NCBI GenBank assembly: GCA_010015585.1
Contig: ML975150.1
DNA length: 64,000 nt
Direction: 5' to 3' (one strand)
DNA from: Eremomyces bilateralis CBS 781.70
Lineage: Eukaryota
The notes under the pieces are model-generated. The model searched no databases. It saw only the letters and a program-made list of their open reading frames with translations, and was not told the DNA's origin. Positions 62,877 through 64,000 of the stretch are shown here, piece after piece. Both the position numbers and the translations under genes were made by a program. Position 1 is the stretch's first letter; the number at the start of each line of letters is the position of its first letter.

Positions 62877-64000
62877 TTATGCTCCGTCTTCGTCGTCGTC
62901 GTAGAAATCGTCGTCATCGTCGATCGTCTCCATGGCCTCTTTAATATATGCAGCAGCCTAGACGCTCAATCAGCACGATCCTAACAAAAACAGAAGCGTC
63001 CAGCTGAACATACCTTCGGATCCAAATTCAACGCGTTCGTGAAATACTTCACCGCCAGCGACCGCTCCCGTAACATCTTATACGTCCGCCCCAGCAAGAA
63101 ATGCACATTCGCCACATCCGGCGCGATGTCCTTTAACACCGTCAACTCCCCCAGCGCATCCTGCGGCCGCCCCAACGTCAGCAGTGCCCGCGCCCGGTTC
63201 AGCCGTGCGAACCGCGACAGGCTCGGCCGCGGGTCCAGATCGCAGGCGTGCGAATACTGCGTGAGCGCGGCGTGGATCTTCTTCATCTTCTGCAGGACGG
63301 TGCCGATGCGGACGGCGAGGACCGCGTTGGTCGGGTTGATCTGCGCGGCGGAGCGATAGTGTTTCTCGGCGACGTCGAATTTGCCTAAGCGCTCGTACAC
63401 GCGGCCGAGGCCGTACCAACCGTGGTAGTGGCGGTGATCGGCGGAGATGGCGCACCGGTAGGCGTGCTGGGCTTTGTCGAACTCTTCATTCTCGACGTGC
63501 TCGTGGCCTTGGAGGGTGTAGGCGTAGGCGAATTTGGGGTCGAGCTGCGTGGCACGCTTGAAGCATTTGACGGCCTGGTCGTGCTCGCGTTGGAGGGAGA
63601 AGGAGTTGCCAATGGCGCACCACGCTTGGGGGGAGAGACGGTCGGCGTCGATCAGCTCGTGGGAAAGGTAGGCGAGTTCGATCTCGTTCTTCTGGTGCCA
63701 GAGGACGGTGGAATAGATTTCCAGGTCTTCCATCCGGGAGGGTGCGATTTTTCTCATTCGAGAGAACGCATCTGCAGCTTCCGGGTACGACGTTCGTTCG
63801 TAATGAGCTTTGCCGATCTGTGCCAGTACCCAGCCAGTCTCCCGTTGAGAAGCAGGAAGGGAATTAAATATCTCAAGCGCCGCTTGGTTCTGGTAACGAG
63901 AGAGGTTGTAGTATCCTGATCCAAGTCGCAGCAGTAATTGCGAAATCCACTGGACGGCTTGCTCTTGCTCTTTCGCCGGATCAGGCTGTGGAGGGCCGGC
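62877..64000 (-). CDS. CDC27: APC/C TPR subunit (Cdc27/APC3/BimA), C-terminal part
   Basis: EIYSTVLWH, DRLSPQAWCAIGNSFSLQREHDQA, FAYAYTLQGHEH, HYHGWYGLG, ALNLDPK; continues past the window end. Confidence 0.95.

Noticed and set aside
50590..63919. Many overlapping antisense or alternative-frame ORFs over the core genes
   Set aside because: These are expected shadows of high-GC3 coding sequence; they are low complexity with no motifs.

Overview
Fungal (Pezizomycotina-type ascomycete) genomic DNA with spliceosomal introns, so the ORF track fragments most genes. Bases ~1-47,000 are an accessory, transposon-rich region with many RIP-like nonsense codons. Bases ~48,000-64,000 are a compact block of conserved genes (MARVEL protein, FMP42-like MFS, RPN11, RLP24, VAM7, BIM1/EB1, a cytochrome/b561 protein, CDC27). 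The main result is a ~20.6 kb Starship-type element (26025-46600) integrated inside a 5S rRNA gene. The two 5S halves (26011-26040 and 46585-46689, minus strand) rejoin into a 119-nt 5S across a 16-bp direct repeat, and both junctions show inverted-arm, att-like architecture. Its DUF3435-like tyrosine recombinase captain carries duplicated C2H2-like fingers and is split by a 4.5 kb two-gene DD34E transposon with an AT rather than TA target duplication. The element also holds an HNH nuclease gene, a Helitron2-like Rep/PIF1 element and a NACHT fragment. A second, captain-less left end of the same family sits at another 5S 3' fragment (19734-19870). Six solo LTRs and a nested transposon stack (14.1-18.8 kb) are also resolved. 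All calls come from manual reading and motif recognition; no database searches were run.
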